Both the position numbers and the translations under genes were made by a program. Positions 10,146 through 20,753 of a stretch of 64,000 nucleotides of DNA are shown piece by piece. The stretch spans positions 74,740-138,739 of the forward strand of contig JAAXWF010000004.1 in assembly GCA_013335095.1 (NCBI GenBank), given 5' to 3'. The notes beneath the pieces were generated by a model, which was given only the letters and a program-made list of their open reading frames with translations, ran no database searches and had not been told where the DNA came from. How positions within the stretch are numbered: position 1 is the first letter of the stretch; every line of letters starts with the position of its first letter. This stretch comes from a candidate division WWE3 bacterium. GTDB taxonomy: Bacteria; Patescibacteriota; 4484-211; GCA-002791395.

Positions 10146-11072
10146 TCACGAACACATAGTTTCAGAAAGACTTTCGTTACTTGCTTTTACCTCCATAAAT
10201 CGTTCCCACACCGACGAGACTTGATTCAAAAACACTTGGGATTCGCGGGTATACCCAAATATTAAAATCAAATCAGAGATCTGCTTGGTACCATGAAATA
10301 CATCCATGGCTAGAAATAACACAATCACAAACTGAAAAAAAACCACCACGTTTTGCAACGAAATCCACCCAATAAAGGTAACGTTACTGACCTCTTTTAT
10401 ATACTTTAGTACCCGATTTACGTACTTTTGGTTCTTTTTGATCGAAAATAGTTCGGCAAAATAAGCTTCACGAGCTAGAGTATACCGCTCAAACGTTCGT
10501 TCATATGATTTTGAAAAAGGATAGTTGACCAGGAAATAAAATAAAATCATCAAACACAACAAAACGAACATTTTTTTATCCTGGCAGAACATAATTATTG
10601 GAATGGTTATAAATGAGATAATCCCATTCATTCCATTTTGGCGGATATCATCGATAAGTAATCCCACCGATTGAGTAATGTTAAGAATTCCTTGAACCTG
10701 CTCTTTTGCATTTGATGAATTCGGCTTAATTACTTTTATAAGCCTTTGCTGAATATTCATTTGAATCGATTCAGTAAGATATATTAGACGCGTCTTCGAT
10801 AATAATCTAACGATATTTTCAACCAGCCCAACAACAAACATTAGAAAAAATATTTGAAGAGTATGATCAATAGATTGATGGTTTTCGAGAGACCGTATCC
10901 CTTCGGAAAATAGATAGGTCACAACGATTGGTCCGAAAGCCGACAGCGAACGAATCAGCATCCAGGTAATAAATCGAGGATTTTGCAAAGAGTCTACAAC
11001 GGAATGATGGATTATATCTTTATTCACGAGGGGTTCCGGCAAGCCATTCTTCGCTGGCAGATTTGTAATCAT
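10146..11072 (-). CDS. Polytopic membrane protein, function unknown
   Basis: 308 aa, about six predicted TM helices. Start probably downstream of the first ATG because of overlap with the next gene. Confidence 0.4.
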   Translation of the reverse strand: MITNLPAKNGLPEPLVNKDIIHHSVVDSLQNPRFITWMLIRSLSAFGPIVVTYLFSEGIRSLENHQSIDHTLQIFFLMFVVGLVENIVRLLSKTRLIYLTESIQMNIQQRLIKVIKPNSSNAKEQVQGILNITQSVGLLIDDIRQNGMNGIISFITIPIIMFCQDKKMFVLLCLMILFYFLVNYPFSKSYERTFERYTLAREAYFAELFSIKKNQKYVNRVLKYIKEVSNVTFIGWISLQNVVVFFQFVIVLFLAMDVFHGTKQISDLILIFGYTRESQVFLNQVSSVWERFMEVKASNESLSETMCS

Positions 11073-11388
11073 GTAACGATTCGATAAAGTCTGCCTTTAC
11101 CCGAGAGATTAAAAGCGTAACCTTTTCTTCAAAGTCATCAATCGTTCGATTTAGAAATACTAATAAGCCATGGTCATGGGGTCGTTCGGTTAAATGGAGA
11201 AGGAAATCTTCATGGTGAACACTATCCAATTCATTTAAGATCAAATGAGTCAGCTCTATGTGGATTGTTTTTAACACGATCTCGAGTAGTTCAACGCGGT
11301 CTTCCTCAGTAAGATCAAGCTCATTAAGCTTTTTTCGAACATCCGATAAATCGATTAGATGATGGTAAAAAATATTGGCTGTTTTCAT
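11020..11388 (-). CDS. Hypothetical acidic protein
   Basis: 122 aa ORF in an operon-like arrangement with flanking minus-strand genes. Confidence 0.35.
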   Translation of the reverse strand: MKTANIFYHHLIDLSDVRKKLNELDLTEEDRVELLEIVLKTIHIELTHLILNELDSVHHEDFLLHLTERPHDHGLLVFLNRTIDDFEEKVTLLISRVKADFIESLHDYKSASEEWLAGTPRE

Positions 11389-12386
11389 TCGGTTAATGTC
11401 ATTGGTCCGAGAGGAATTTTATTCTCTGGATCATCAACAAAGAATAATATCACTTCTCCGTTTCGCATACCTTTATCTAAGTGTAAATCACGCATAGCCT
11501 CAGGACTACCTCCAAAACTTTTACCAGTCCACACCGCAGGACCAGCATCACCAACAACACCGACAACGACGTCACCAGTTTTTGGATTAACCGCGATCAT
11601 TTTACGGAATTTAAACCAGTCTTTCATCTGGTAAATGTTATCTCGCCAACCTGGAGCAAGAAACGTTTGTACCGCAAAATAGTATTCTTCACTCTTTTCT
11701 ACTTCTGGGGTAAGCGCAGTTTTACTGGGGGTAAAATACCCAAATGCGCCTCTTTTGGGAGCAATACCCGCCGATTGAACGGACTTATGTTGACTTAATG
11801 AATCGCCTGGGTATCTTAGTAAATGTTGTTCATATCCCATCTTTCCATACGATGTATTAAGTCGATTACCACTCAACTCGGCTTGCGCGTTAACAGAAAG
11901 CTCGGTTTGTAAAATTCGGGCAACGGATTGTTCTTCATCTTTGGTTAAGGTTCTTGCCTTCGACGGTACAACTTGCATTAATTGCTCGGATAACTGCTTT
12001 TTCGACGGGGTTTTAGGAGCTTCAGTGGGAGTTGGCGTGGGAGAGCTATCTTCATCGCTTGATTCGGTCGGTGTGGGTGGTTTCGCCGCTTGGGCAACAG
12101 CATTCACATCGAATTTCCCAGGCCCTATAAATAACGCACTCGACACAAGTCCGGCACTCAACATTCTCAGAGAAGTTTGACGAATTTGTTCACCGCTGAT
12201 CTCGATCTCTTTAATTCGTCCGGTAACCTTTTTATGTGCTTCGGTAATATTTTGAATCGCCCGCTGATGTCGATCACGGAATGCACTTTTTAGTTTATGC
12301 ACATGATGCTGACGATGCTTTTTCCCTGCAGGAGCTATAGGTTCAACAACTTTCTTATTTCGAGGAGGCAGTATTTTATCAAACAT
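11385..12386 (-). CDS. RlpA-like/3D double-psi beta-barrel domain protein with PT-rich linker
   Basis: 333 aa. C-terminal KTGDVVVGVVGDAGP resembles the NDRGP motif of RlpA/3D domains. N-terminal basic region and PTPTPT linker. Confidence 0.4.
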   Translation of the reverse strand: MFDKILPPRNKKVVEPIAPAGKKHRQHHVHKLKSAFRDRHQRAIQNITEAHKKVTGRIKEIEISGEQIRQTSLRMLSAGLVSSALFIGPGKFDVNAVAQAAKPPTPTESSDEDSSPTPTPTEAPKTPSKKQLSEQLMQVVPSKARTLTKDEEQSVARILQTELSVNAQAELSGNRLNTSYGKMGYEQHLLRYPGDSLSQHKSVQSAGIAPKRGAFGYFTPSKTALTPEVEKSEEYYFAVQTFLAPGWRDNIYQMKDWFKFRKMIAVNPKTGDVVVGVVGDAGPAVWTGKSFGGSPEAMRDLHLDKGMRNGEVILFFVDDPENKIPLGPMTLTE

Positions 12387-12395
12387 ACAATGTAA

Positions 12396-13790
12396 TTATG
12401 GAAGATACGCTTGTATACGCCCAAGTACGGTATCTTTCCCAAGTACTTCAAGTGTATCAAATAATGGAGGCGTTGCCGACTCCCCGGTAACAATCAGTCG
12501 CAACGTCATAAATGCCTGCTTAGGTGTTAAACCATAAGACGATTGGAGTTGATGGAGTTTTGCATCGAGCTCATCTTTCTCCCACGCGAGTGAAGCATCT
12601 GATAAAAGAGCGATTACAGCGTCGCGATATTGTAGTAACACCGCATCGTCACTAATAAATTTAGCTACAGATTCTTTTGTTGGGACCTGATATTCATTGT
12701 AAAAATATTTATTTTGTGGCCAAAAATCTTTAAGTGTTTGTAATCGTTCTTTAGCCAACCCAACGACACGAATACTATACTGCGGATTCGCACTAATTTG
12801 TTGATACGCATTTTGGTCGTATTCTTGATAATAAGAACTTAAGGTATTAAAGAGTTGCTCGTTATCCATTTCACGAATCTTAACCCCGTTTAACCATCTC
12901 AATTTATCAAGGTCAAAAATAGGCGCACGTGAACGGAATTTTTCAAACGTAAAGTGAGTAATAAATTCATCCTCTGAAAAAACTTCTTTTTGTTCAGGGT
13001 GTGACCATCCCATTAATGAGAAGAAATTCTTTAATGCGTCGGGTAAGATACCCTCATCTTTGTACCATTGCAAACTAACGTGTCCCTGACGTTTACTGAG
13101 CTTTGATTCGTCAGTGTTACGAAGTAATGGCATGTGAGCATACATTGGTGGTGTTCCGCCAAGAGCGGTGATGGCCAGAACATGAAACGCAGTGTTAGAA
13201 AGATGGTCTTCACCACGAATAACATGAGTAATCTTATGGTCGATCTCGTCGACACAGGTAGCAAATTGATACGTCGGAAAACCATTGCTTTTAAGGATAA
13301 CAAAATCCTTTAGATTTTTGCGTTCAAACACAACTTCACCACGGATAAGATCATGAACAACAATTGGATCACCAGGCTGAATCTTAAAATAAATCGCCCC
13401 ATCAAGATGATACGCAAGTCCTTTATCAACAAGCTCATTGGCCTTTTCCTTGTATCGATCAATTTTTTCTGATTGGCGATAGGGAGGATACGGAGAGCCA
13501 TCGATTGTGGCACCTTCCTGCCAGACCAAGCCAAGCCATTCAAACAATCGATAAATGACCCGTTCGGCATCGGCAACATGGCGAGCTTGATCGGTATCAT
13601 CAATACGAACAATAAAAGTTCCATTATGCTGCTTGGCAAAAATATAGTTGTAATATGCAATATACGTATTTCCGACATGGACATAACCGGTTGGACTCGG
13701 AGCAATTCGCACGCGCACAGGTGAATTCATGGGAATATTGTATACCATCCTACCAAAATAAATCTGGGGAAAGAGATTGGGCCAAGGCAT
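12396..13790 (-). CDS. gltX: Glutamate--tRNA ligase
   Basis: 464 aa. Class I HIGH motif (PTGYVHVGN) and KMSKS variant (KLSKR). Confidence 0.85.
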   Translation of the reverse strand: MPWPNLFPQIYFGRMVYNIPMNSPVRVRIAPSPTGYVHVGNTYIAYYNYIFAKQHNGTFIVRIDDTDQARHVADAERVIYRLFEWLGLVWQEGATIDGSPYPPYRQSEKIDRYKEKANELVDKGLAYHLDGAIYFKIQPGDPIVVHDLIRGEVVFERKNLKDFVILKSNGFPTYQFATCVDEIDHKITHVIRGEDHLSNTAFHVLAITALGGTPPMYAHMPLLRNTDESKLSKRQGHVSLQWYKDEGILPDALKNFFSLMGWSHPEQKEVFSEDEFITHFTFEKFRSRAPIFDLDKLRWLNGVKIREMDNEQLFNTLSSYYQEYDQNAYQQISANPQYSIRVVGLAKERLQTLKDFWPQNKYFYNEYQVPTKESVAKFISDDAVLLQYRDAVIALLSDASLAWEKDELDAKLHQLQSSYGLTPKQAFMTLRLIVTGESATPPLFDTLEVLGKDTVLGRIQAYLP

Positions 13791-13885
13791 CAGACTCCGA
13801 TTCTATATTGATACACCAATGTCAAAAGCATATTGGTCCAATGCTTCTCATGACCAAACGAACGCGTTATACTACATAGTAAGGT

Positions 13886-15076
13886 ATGTCACTAACCCAA
13901 GCTGCACATAAATTTAAAGCCGCCATAAGAATAGTTGGTGTTGTGGTTGCCATAATAGTCATATTTCGAATTATCGTATTAGTATATGGATTGACCATTA
14001 AGCTCCCCGAAGGAGCCGAAGCGTTACCAAAAATAACGACAAAATATGGACAAATTCCGCCTTTAGTTATAGACCGGGTGCCGATTAATTTACCGACAAA
14101 CTTTAGTACTTCACTGGATCTAGTTGAACCTGAGTTACCAGCCGATCCGACGGTAGCAAACGTATATCCTGTATTAAAAGCACCGTATGGATTTTTAAGT
14201 GAAGATCGGGCCAAAGAGATAGCCCAGACGTTTAATATGACTCAACAACCGATTAAAACGAGCCCACTTGAAAGCTTATGGAATGCGCCAAATATTAGTT
14301 TAGTAATTAACGATCAAAACTTAAACTTTCATTACGAGTATAATTACACTGCCGATCCAACAATATTTGTACCAGGAACATTTGCCAGTCAGACCGATAC
14401 AATTAGAAGAGCGCTCTTAGTTCTTAAACGCCATAAAATAGCAACAGACGAAGAAGTCGACTCAAATACCGGTGATTTTATCACCGAGCAGCCCCCAGTA
14501 TATTTGTTGAAATATGAAAACCAACGACTTCAACCGACGCTACGAATAGTCGAGTCATCTGCCGCTCGAGTTGATTTTAAACGCCAAAACGCCAAATATA
14601 AGCTGAGTAATGGAAAAGCCCAAGATATTCCATTTGTTTCACCACATTATGTTGAAGCATTAACATATGTGTTGTTAGCGCCAATCCCGGCAAAAAGCAC
14701 CATTGAAAAACCTGATATCCTCGTTGTAAATCGAACACTTTGGCGATATCGCAGTGATGATGGCTCGACCTACCCACTCATTTCCAGTAAAGACGCGTGG
14801 GAAAATATACAAAAAGATCCGAGCCTATTTACTACGTATGTAGGCAATCTTAAACTCGGACCGATCGATAAATTGACCGAAACACCTCTAATACAAGGGA
14901 TTACTGCCCGTAATGTTTATCTGGCTTATTACGATACAAAAGATCAGCAAGATTATCTTCAACCGGTATGGGTTTTTAGCGGAAAAGCTAAGCTAGCCCA
15001 GGGTGGCGAATTAGACTGGGCAGGATACGTTCCGGCGGTACATCCAAAATACATTAAGTCCACGACAGGTCAATAA
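13886..15076 (+). CDS. Membrane-anchored extracellular hypothetical protein
   Basis: 396 aa, single N-terminal TM helix then a large soluble domain. Confidence 0.45.
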   Translation: MSLTQAAHKFKAAIRIVGVVVAIIVIFRIIVLVYGLTIKLPEGAEALPKITTKYGQIPPLVIDRVPINLPTNFSTSLDLVEPELPADPTVANVYPVLKAPYGFLSEDRAKEIAQTFNMTQQPIKTSPLESLWNAPNISLVINDQNLNFHYEYNYTADPTIFVPGTFASQTDTIRRALLVLKRHKIATDEEVDSNTGDFITEQPPVYLLKYENQRLQPTLRIVESSAARVDFKRQNAKYKLSNGKAQDIPFVSPHYVEALTYVLLAPIPAKSTIEKPDILVVNRTLWRYRSDDGSTYPLISSKDAWENIQKDPSLFTTYVGNLKLGPIDKLTETPLIQGITARNVYLAYYDTKDQQDYLQPVWVFSGKAKLAQGGELDWAGYVPAVHPKYIKSTTGQ

Positions 15077-15106
15077 GTTGTTCTGATTTTGAAATTGAAA
15101 CCTACC

Positions 15107-16090
15107 CTATTCCCCTAAAAAGATCGAAGTCCCAATGTATTTATTGTATTCAGTAAACGTTGGAGTAATACCATCAAGCGCGGGCATTGCTTTAGCATTA
15201 CGCATCATCGAAGCGGCAATATTAAGATCCATTGATAAGACGTCGGCATGATACACCGCAATCGCCTCTCGGGTCGAAGGGATAGTCACACTCCCCTGTT
15301 CCAATTTTCCCTGGTGACTCAAGATTATATGAATCAAGTGTTTGGCAAAGTTATCGGGAAAATCGTTTGGCATGCGTTCATTAATCATCTGGGTCCCAAG
15401 ATAAATATGCCCCATCAATCGACCAATTACCGTACGTTCAACAATTCCGGTTGAGGTTACCGTACATTCACGAATTTTACCGATATCATGCAAAAGTGCG
15501 CCTGCGGTCATAATATCGTGATCAAGATCTGGATACAGTTTGAGAACTCCATCCAGAATAGACAGCATCTCAAGCGTATGCTGGAGCAAACCATGACGAT
15601 ATGCATGGTGAACTTTTTCCCCGGCAGGTATCGTGGTAAAGTGTTGATAAAATTCAGGATCGTCAAAAAAGGCATCAATTAATTTACGGACATGGAAATC
15701 ACGAATCGAATCAATCCGCTTGGCTAATTCGCGTTTCAGCTCTTCGGGATTTAAGTGATCGGGGGCACTCACAAAGTCATCAAGTTCGTATTCGGTTACT
15801 TTACGGATTTGCCGAATCACCATTTCGGTTCGACCTTGATACGTTTGAATCTCAAAATCAATGAGCACAATATCTCCATTTGCGATCGATTGAGTTTGAT
15901 TCACTCCTTCGGACCATATCTTTCCGCTCATTTCTCCGGTCCGATCGGAAAGGGTTAAATCGGCAAACGGTTTATTTGCCCTAGTCGTTTTGATTTCTTT
16001 ATGGTTGAGCAACAATAATGTAGAACCAACAAGGCCAGGTGATTTTATTAGATCTGATACGTAAAACTGTTTTGCCATTACAGTATTCAT
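15107..16090 (-). CDS. YhaM-like 3'-5' exoribonuclease (OB-fold + HD domain)
   Basis: 327 aa. N-terminal OB-fold region, HD phosphohydrolase motifs (H...HD...LLHDIGK). Confidence 0.6.
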   Translation of the reverse strand: MNTVMAKQFYVSDLIKSPGLVGSTLLLLNHKEIKTTRANKPFADLTLSDRTGEMSGKIWSEGVNQTQSIANGDIVLIDFEIQTYQGRTEMVIRQIRKVTEYELDDFVSAPDHLNPEELKRELAKRIDSIRDFHVRKLIDAFFDDPEFYQHFTTIPAGEKVHHAYRHGLLQHTLEMLSILDGVLKLYPDLDHDIMTAGALLHDIGKIRECTVTSTGIVERTVIGRLMGHIYLGTQMINERMPNDFPDNFAKHLIHIILSHQGKLEQGSVTIPSTREAIAVYHADVLSMDLNIAASMMRNAKAMPALDGITPTFTEYNKYIGTSIFLGE

Positions 16091-16220
16091 TGTACTTCAT
16101 ATGTCATCCATTAATTTCATGATATGGATAAATGCGTATTACCCACTACGCAAATATCATTGTCGTATCGCGGTAAAGTGTTCTATGTTTTTACCCGATC
16201 CATGTATATAATGAGTTCAA

Positions 16221-17126
16221 ATGAAGCCATTTTTGATACGTTTATTAGTTATTTGTATTTTTAGTTTTGGGTTACTTTTTACTTCACGATCTCTAGTTAA
16301 GGCAGAAACAGTTATTCGGATTCATACCGTGTATGTTAATCGAGGAGTAGAACAAGCTACGGTTAGTTGGCAAACGGATCCAGAATCAAAGGGGCAAGTC
16401 GAGTATGCTGATCCATCAGGAAAATGGACACAAACACCTTGGACAAACGACGCTTTATCGAAGCATTCAATTACACTGTTTAACCTAATTCCGAATACGA
16501 CGTATGTAGTTAAAATCAATGCACAGGGATCAGATCAAAAAATAATCACCAAGACCGATACCTTCACAACACTTAATGGCGAAGTGCTCGGTGCACCGAT
16601 GTCCGAAACCACACCAGACAGCGCTTCAGGATTTCAAAGTTTATTACCGACAGCAACCCCAGCTCCAACGATTACAAATAATTCAGGAACCTATTATCCT
16701 CAAGTCCTTGGCCAACAGGTTGTACCAGTAGTACCAATGTATGGTGTCCCGTACCAGATGGGAATGCAACCTGCCGTAACTATCATCGTCGCCACACCAA
16801 CGATGGCGCCTCCGACACCGACACCAAGCCCATCCCCAACGATGGTTAGTATGGTTTCGGAACTATTACAAAGTAATATTTCAAACCTTAGTCTCGGTTT
16901 AGTTGTTGGAGTAACTGCGGCAGCAATCCTTCACATACTCACCTCCCGTTCACCCAAGACTCAAGTTAAGCCAGAAAAGAAAAAAACTCATACAATAATA
17001 GAAAAACTAGAACCCAAAGAAGAACTAGCGCCAGATGAAGTTGAAGAATCAAAGCCCCCAATTCCGGAACCTCCGAAGAAAAAGAAACGGCCGACTAAAA
17101 AGTTTCATTTCTCAGTTAATTCATAA
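16221..17126 (+). CDS. Cell-surface protein with fibronectin-III-like N-domain, PT-rich linker, C-terminal TM and lysine-rich tail
   Basis: 301 aa. Signal peptide, beta-rich domain, PTPTPSPSPT linker, a hydrophobic segment, then a KKKKRPTKK tail. Confidence 0.5.
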   Translation: MKPFLIRLLVICIFSFGLLFTSRSLVKAETVIRIHTVYVNRGVEQATVSWQTDPESKGQVEYADPSGKWTQTPWTNDALSKHSITLFNLIPNTTYVVKINAQGSDQKIITKTDTFTTLNGEVLGAPMSETTPDSASGFQSLLPTATPAPTITNNSGTYYPQVLGQQVVPVVPMYGVPYQMGMQPAVTIIVATPTMAPPTPTPSPSPTMVSMVSELLQSNISNLSLGLVVGVTAAAILHILTSRSPKTQVKPEKKKTHTIIEKLEPKEELAPDEVEESKPPIPEPPKKKKRPTKKFHFSVNS

Positions 17127-17147
17127 TTCTGTTGGTACAATAACATC

Positions 17148-18974
17148 ATGAGTGATGTGGCAAAACAAATAAAAGAACGAATCGATATCGTCGAATACAT
17201 CAATAGGACAACAAAGTTACAACGAACCGGTAAAAACTTTAAAGGAATCTGTCCCTTTCATAAAGAAGTTACTGGTAGTTTTTTTGTATCACCCGATCGC
17301 CAAATGTGGCATTGCTTTGGATGTAATCGGGGCGGAGATTTATTTACCTTTGTCACCGAAAAAGAAGGCATTGACTTCAAATCGGTATTAGAGCTACTTG
17401 CACCAGAGGCTGGCGTAGATTTATCTCAATTTCGCCAAGGAGACTTGGCAAATGAGCACAAAGCATATGATGCACTTCAGGCCGTCACGCACTTCTATCA
17501 GCACGCATTATTTGAACCCAAAGCTAAAAGTGCCCTTGAATATATCCTTACTCAACGTCAAATTCCTCGGGAACTCATTGAGAGATTTCAGATTGGATAT
17601 GCTCCGGATTCATGGTCTATTACCGGAGAGTACTTGATTACTAAAGGCTTCAAAGTATCCGAACTTATCGCCAGCGGTATTATCATCGAGAAACCGGACT
17701 CAGATCAACGTCGAAATTGGTATGATCGATTTCGTAATCGAATTATGTTTCCCATCCACGACCGATTAGGCCGAGTGGTTGGATTCACCGCACGTTCACT
17801 TGAAGCAAAACCAACGGGAGGAAAATATATCAATACGCCCGAAACGGAATACTACAAAAAGAGTTCGCTCTTATATGGACTTGAATTAGCCAAGGATTCG
17901 ATCAAACGGCTTGATTACACCATCGTTACCGAGGGAACGCTCGATGTCATTGCTTTTCATAAGATTGGTATCCAAAACGTTGTTGCACCTCTAGGAACAG
18001 CATTAACGATGCAACATATCGAGATATTAAAAAGAATATCATCGCGAATAGTCCTATTTTTTGATGCGGATCAAGCGGGATATCAAGCGACACTAAGAGC
18101 ACTTCTTTCGTGTTTGGCGAGCGAAATGGAAGTTAAAGTAGCAATAATCGAAGGAGGGAAAGATCCCGATGAGCTGGTTAAATCAAAACCGAACCAACTT
18201 AAATCATGCTTACAAAGTGCTAAAAGTTTCTATGACTTTTTACTCATCAAAGCCAAAGAGCAATTGCCGAATACTCACCCCAATTTTGCCGTGCATACCT
18301 CTCAATTGATCCTGCCCTTTATTAAAATTGTACCGAATACGATTCATCAAGAGAGTTTGATTCAGCGCCTTTCCCGTGACGTTAATATCACAATAAATAG
18401 CCTCACACAGCAACTTAGTAAAATAAACCCCAACGATATTGTGAATACGGTGGATCGAATCAGTACCACTTCGGTTCAATCCACCCCGATACGACCGCCA
18501 AAACAGACACGCCTCCAGGCCTTATGGCGAGAACTAAATGCGATGATGCTTCAGATACCGGCAAGCTTAGAAAATGATGCACAACTCATGGAGATTGTAT
18601 CGGAGATACCCGAGCCAGATACTGAGCATATAGTTACCTCACTTAACCAAAAGCTGAAACAATTTATTGCCGAAACTGGTACAATAAATCATGAAGAACT
18701 TGATAAACAACTCACCCCAGAAGAGCTCGAACTCACTAACTTGTTAGCTCTTCATAATCTTGGTACAATATCCGCGGATGAAGAGGCGTTTTTATCCAAT
18801 CTTAGTCAAATCACCCGAGACATCATCATCTCACAAACCAAACGTCGCATTACGCAGGTTAGTAAAATTATTGCCGCTGGAGATAGCTCAGCTGAATTGT
18901 TAAACGAGATGCGTGGGCTTACTCACAAGCTCAGAGAGCAGCAACTCGCTTCACAACAAGCTACAGAGGGTTGA
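17148..18974 (+). CDS. dnaG: DNA primase
   Basis: 608 aa. CHC2 zinc finger (CPFHKE...CFGC) and TOPRIM domain (EGTLDV, FFDAD). Followed 21 nt later by rpoD. Ends with TGA. Confidence 0.85.
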   Translation: MSDVAKQIKERIDIVEYINRTTKLQRTGKNFKGICPFHKEVTGSFFVSPDRQMWHCFGCNRGGDLFTFVTEKEGIDFKSVLELLAPEAGVDLSQFRQGDLANEHKAYDALQAVTHFYQHALFEPKAKSALEYILTQRQIPRELIERFQIGYAPDSWSITGEYLITKGFKVSELIASGIIIEKPDSDQRRNWYDRFRNRIMFPIHDRLGRVVGFTARSLEAKPTGGKYINTPETEYYKKSSLLYGLELAKDSIKRLDYTIVTEGTLDVIAFHKIGIQNVVAPLGTALTMQHIEILKRISSRIVLFFDADQAGYQATLRALLSCLASEMEVKVAIIEGGKDPDELVKSKPNQLKSCLQSAKSFYDFLLIKAKEQLPNTHPNFAVHTSQLILPFIKIVPNTIHQESLIQRLSRDVNITINSLTQQLSKINPNDIVNTVDRISTTSVQSTPIRPPKQTRLQALWRELNAMMLQIPASLENDAQLMEIVSEIPEPDTEHIVTSLNQKLKQFIAETGTINHEELDKQLTPEELELTNLLALHNLGTISADEEAFLSNLSQITRDIIISQTKRRITQVSKIIAAGDSSAELLNEMRGLTHKLREQQLASQQATEG

Positions 18975-18995
18975 CATAGTTAGTATAGTTAAACC

Positions 18996-20081
18996 ATGGC
19001 TGCACAGACACAACAAGACCAACTTAATGATCTAGTCAAAAAAGGGAAAAAACAAGGTTTTGTCCTTATTGAAGAGATATTAGGCATTTATCCCGACGCA
19101 GAAAAAAAACTTGAAGAGCTCGATAAGCTGTATGGAGTATTCCTCGATAATGGTGTTGAGGTATTAGAAACCCAGCAAAAAGACGAGGCTGTAGGTGCGA
19201 AAAAAATTGATATCCATAAGCAACTCGATGAACTTGCAAGTAAAATCCACAAAAAAGCATCCGATCCTGTTCGTATGTACCTTACCGAAATTGGTAAAGT
19301 ATCCCTTTTAACTAAAGATGAAGAAGTTTCACTCGCAAAACGCGTAGAGCAAGGCGATCAAGAAGCGGTAGAAATGCTTATCCGTTCAAACCTCCGGTTA
19401 GTGGTCTCTATTGCTAAAAAATACCTCGGACGAGGACTATCCATGCTGGATTTAATCCAGGAAGGTAACATGGGTCTTATGAAAGCAATAAAGAAATATG
19501 ATTGGCGACGAGGATTCAAATTTTCGACCTATGCAACATGGTGGATTCGCCAAGCAATTACCCGTGCAATCGCCGATCAAGCACGAACGATTCGCGTTCC
19601 AGTCCACATGGTCGAAACGATTAATAAATTCCACCGAATATCGCGTCGGATGGCACAGGAACTTGGACATGAACCAGAACCAGAACAAGTCGCAAAAGAG
19701 ATGGGATTAGAACCCGAAAAAGGTCGCGAAATACTTAAAATTGCTCAAGAACCAACCAGTTTACAACGTAAAGTTGGAGATGATGATGAGTCATCACTTG
19801 GAGACTTTATCGAAGACGAAATGGTGATGTCACCCGATGAAGCCGCAAGCGCAGAACTCCTCAAAGAGCAAATGCGCGAGGTTTTAGAGTCATTAACTCC
19901 CCGCGAACGCAAGGTCTTGGAGCTGCGATTTGGACTTGAAGATGGCCGTAGCCGAACACTCGAAGAGGTTGGAAAAGAGTTTGGCGTAACTCGAGAACGT
20001 ATTCGCCAGATCGAAGCGAAGGCGCTACGAAAACTTAAACACCCAACACGAGCACGTAAATTGAAAGATTATTTGGAATAA
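18996..20081 (+). CDS. rpoD: RNA polymerase sigma factor RpoD (sigma-70, compact)
   Basis: 361 aa. Region 2 ([28 protein letters not shown]), region 3, region 4 ([29 protein letters not shown]). Confidence 0.9.
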   Translation: MAAQTQQDQLNDLVKKGKKQGFVLIEEILGIYPDAEKKLEELDKLYGVFLDNGVEVLETQQKDEAVGAKKIDIHKQLDELASKIHKKASDPVRMYLTEIGKVSLLTKDEEVSLAKRVEQGDQEAVEMLIRSNLRLVVSIAKKYLGRGLSMLDLIQEGNMGLMKAIKKYDWRRGFKFSTYATWWIRQAITRAIADQARTIRVPVHMVETINKFHRISRRMAQELGHEPEPEQVAKEMGLEPEKGREILKIAQEPTSLQRKVGDDDESSLGDFIEDEMVMSPDEAASAELLKEQMREVLESLTPRERKVLELRFGLEDGRSRTLEEVGKEFGVTRERIRQIEAKALRKLKHPTRARKLKDYLE

Positions 20082-20177
20082 TTTATCCGTTATTAGGTAC
20101 ATATTTCATTTTCTATTTGAACCAATTCGTTATAATGTGATCGTTATTTTCATCCGGATACATTTCACCCAAGGAGG

Positions 20178-20711
20178 ATGACCGTGGGCTGTCGTCCACA
20201 TTTAAAGCCGCTCGTGGTTGCGGATGCTGATCTTGCCGAGATTGACCGAATTCTTTGCGAAGATCAACTTCCACCCAGGCTTCAGAAGAGGGCATTATGC
20301 CTATTGTTACTCAGTCGTGAAGAACCGATCGACGAGATCTGTCGGCAAACAGGACTAGTCAAAGGTTCTGTGTACTCGATCCGTCATCGGTATGAAGACA
20401 GAGGGATGAAGGTACTCGAGAAACCGGCACAGCCCCCTACCACGGCAGATTCGGATCGGTGGTCTGCGCAGCACCTCAAAACCCGGGGAAGCCGTTTGCG
20501 CCGAATACAATCCGATGAGTTAACCGCTCTGATCGAGATCTCTGCCCAAGATGATGCAGGTGAGCCCAAACGAAGGGCTCAAATCATTATCGATATTCAC
20601 TCGGGAATCAAGGCGATAATAGTAGCGCAAAGACTCGGAGTATCCCGTCAAGCAATCAGCGAGAAGGTCAGTAAGTTCAATCTATTTGGGTTGAGCTGGG
20701 TTCTCGCATAG
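20178..20711 (+). CDS. Tandem HTH protein with transposase-type (paired-like) helix-turn-helix modules; no catalytic domain
   Basis: 177 aa, GC-rich. Two modules matching the R-A-x-I-L-L-...-G-x-S-...-I-A-...-G-V-S pattern (RALCLLLLSREEPIDEICRQTGLVKGSVYSI... and RRAQIIIDIHSGIKAIIVAQRLGVSRQAISE...). Start may be the GTG at 20184, which gives better RBS spacing. Confidence 0.5.
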   Translation: MTVGCRPHLKPLVVADADLAEIDRILCEDQLPPRLQKRALCLLLLSREEPIDEICRQTGLVKGSVYSIRHRYEDRGMKVLEKPAQPPTTADSDRWSAQHLKTRGSRLRRIQSDELTALIEISAQDDAGEPKRRAQIIIDIHSGIKAIIVAQRLGVSRQAISEKVSKFNLFGLSWVLA

Positions 20712-20724
20712 GGTTTAACCCCAA

Positions 20725-20753
20725 GGGCAGGTCTAAACCACCTGCCCATTTAT
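20725..20753 (+). terminator. Hairpin terminator candidate (GGGCAGGT...ACCTGCCC)
   Basis: 8-bp perfect inverted repeat with 7-nt loop directly after the stop of the HTH gene, followed by ATTTATT. Confidence 0.4.

Noticed and set aside
15107-16090. Cas3-like HD nuclease or other CRISPR-associated protein
   Set aside because: The architecture is OB-fold plus HD without helicase motifs and there is no CRISPR array nearby. It fits YhaM-type exoribonucleases.
20178-20711. Calling an insertion sequence/transposase here
   Set aside because: Only transposase-type HTH modules are present. There is no DDE catalytic domain, no ORF-B, and no terminal inverted repeats or target-site duplications that I could find.
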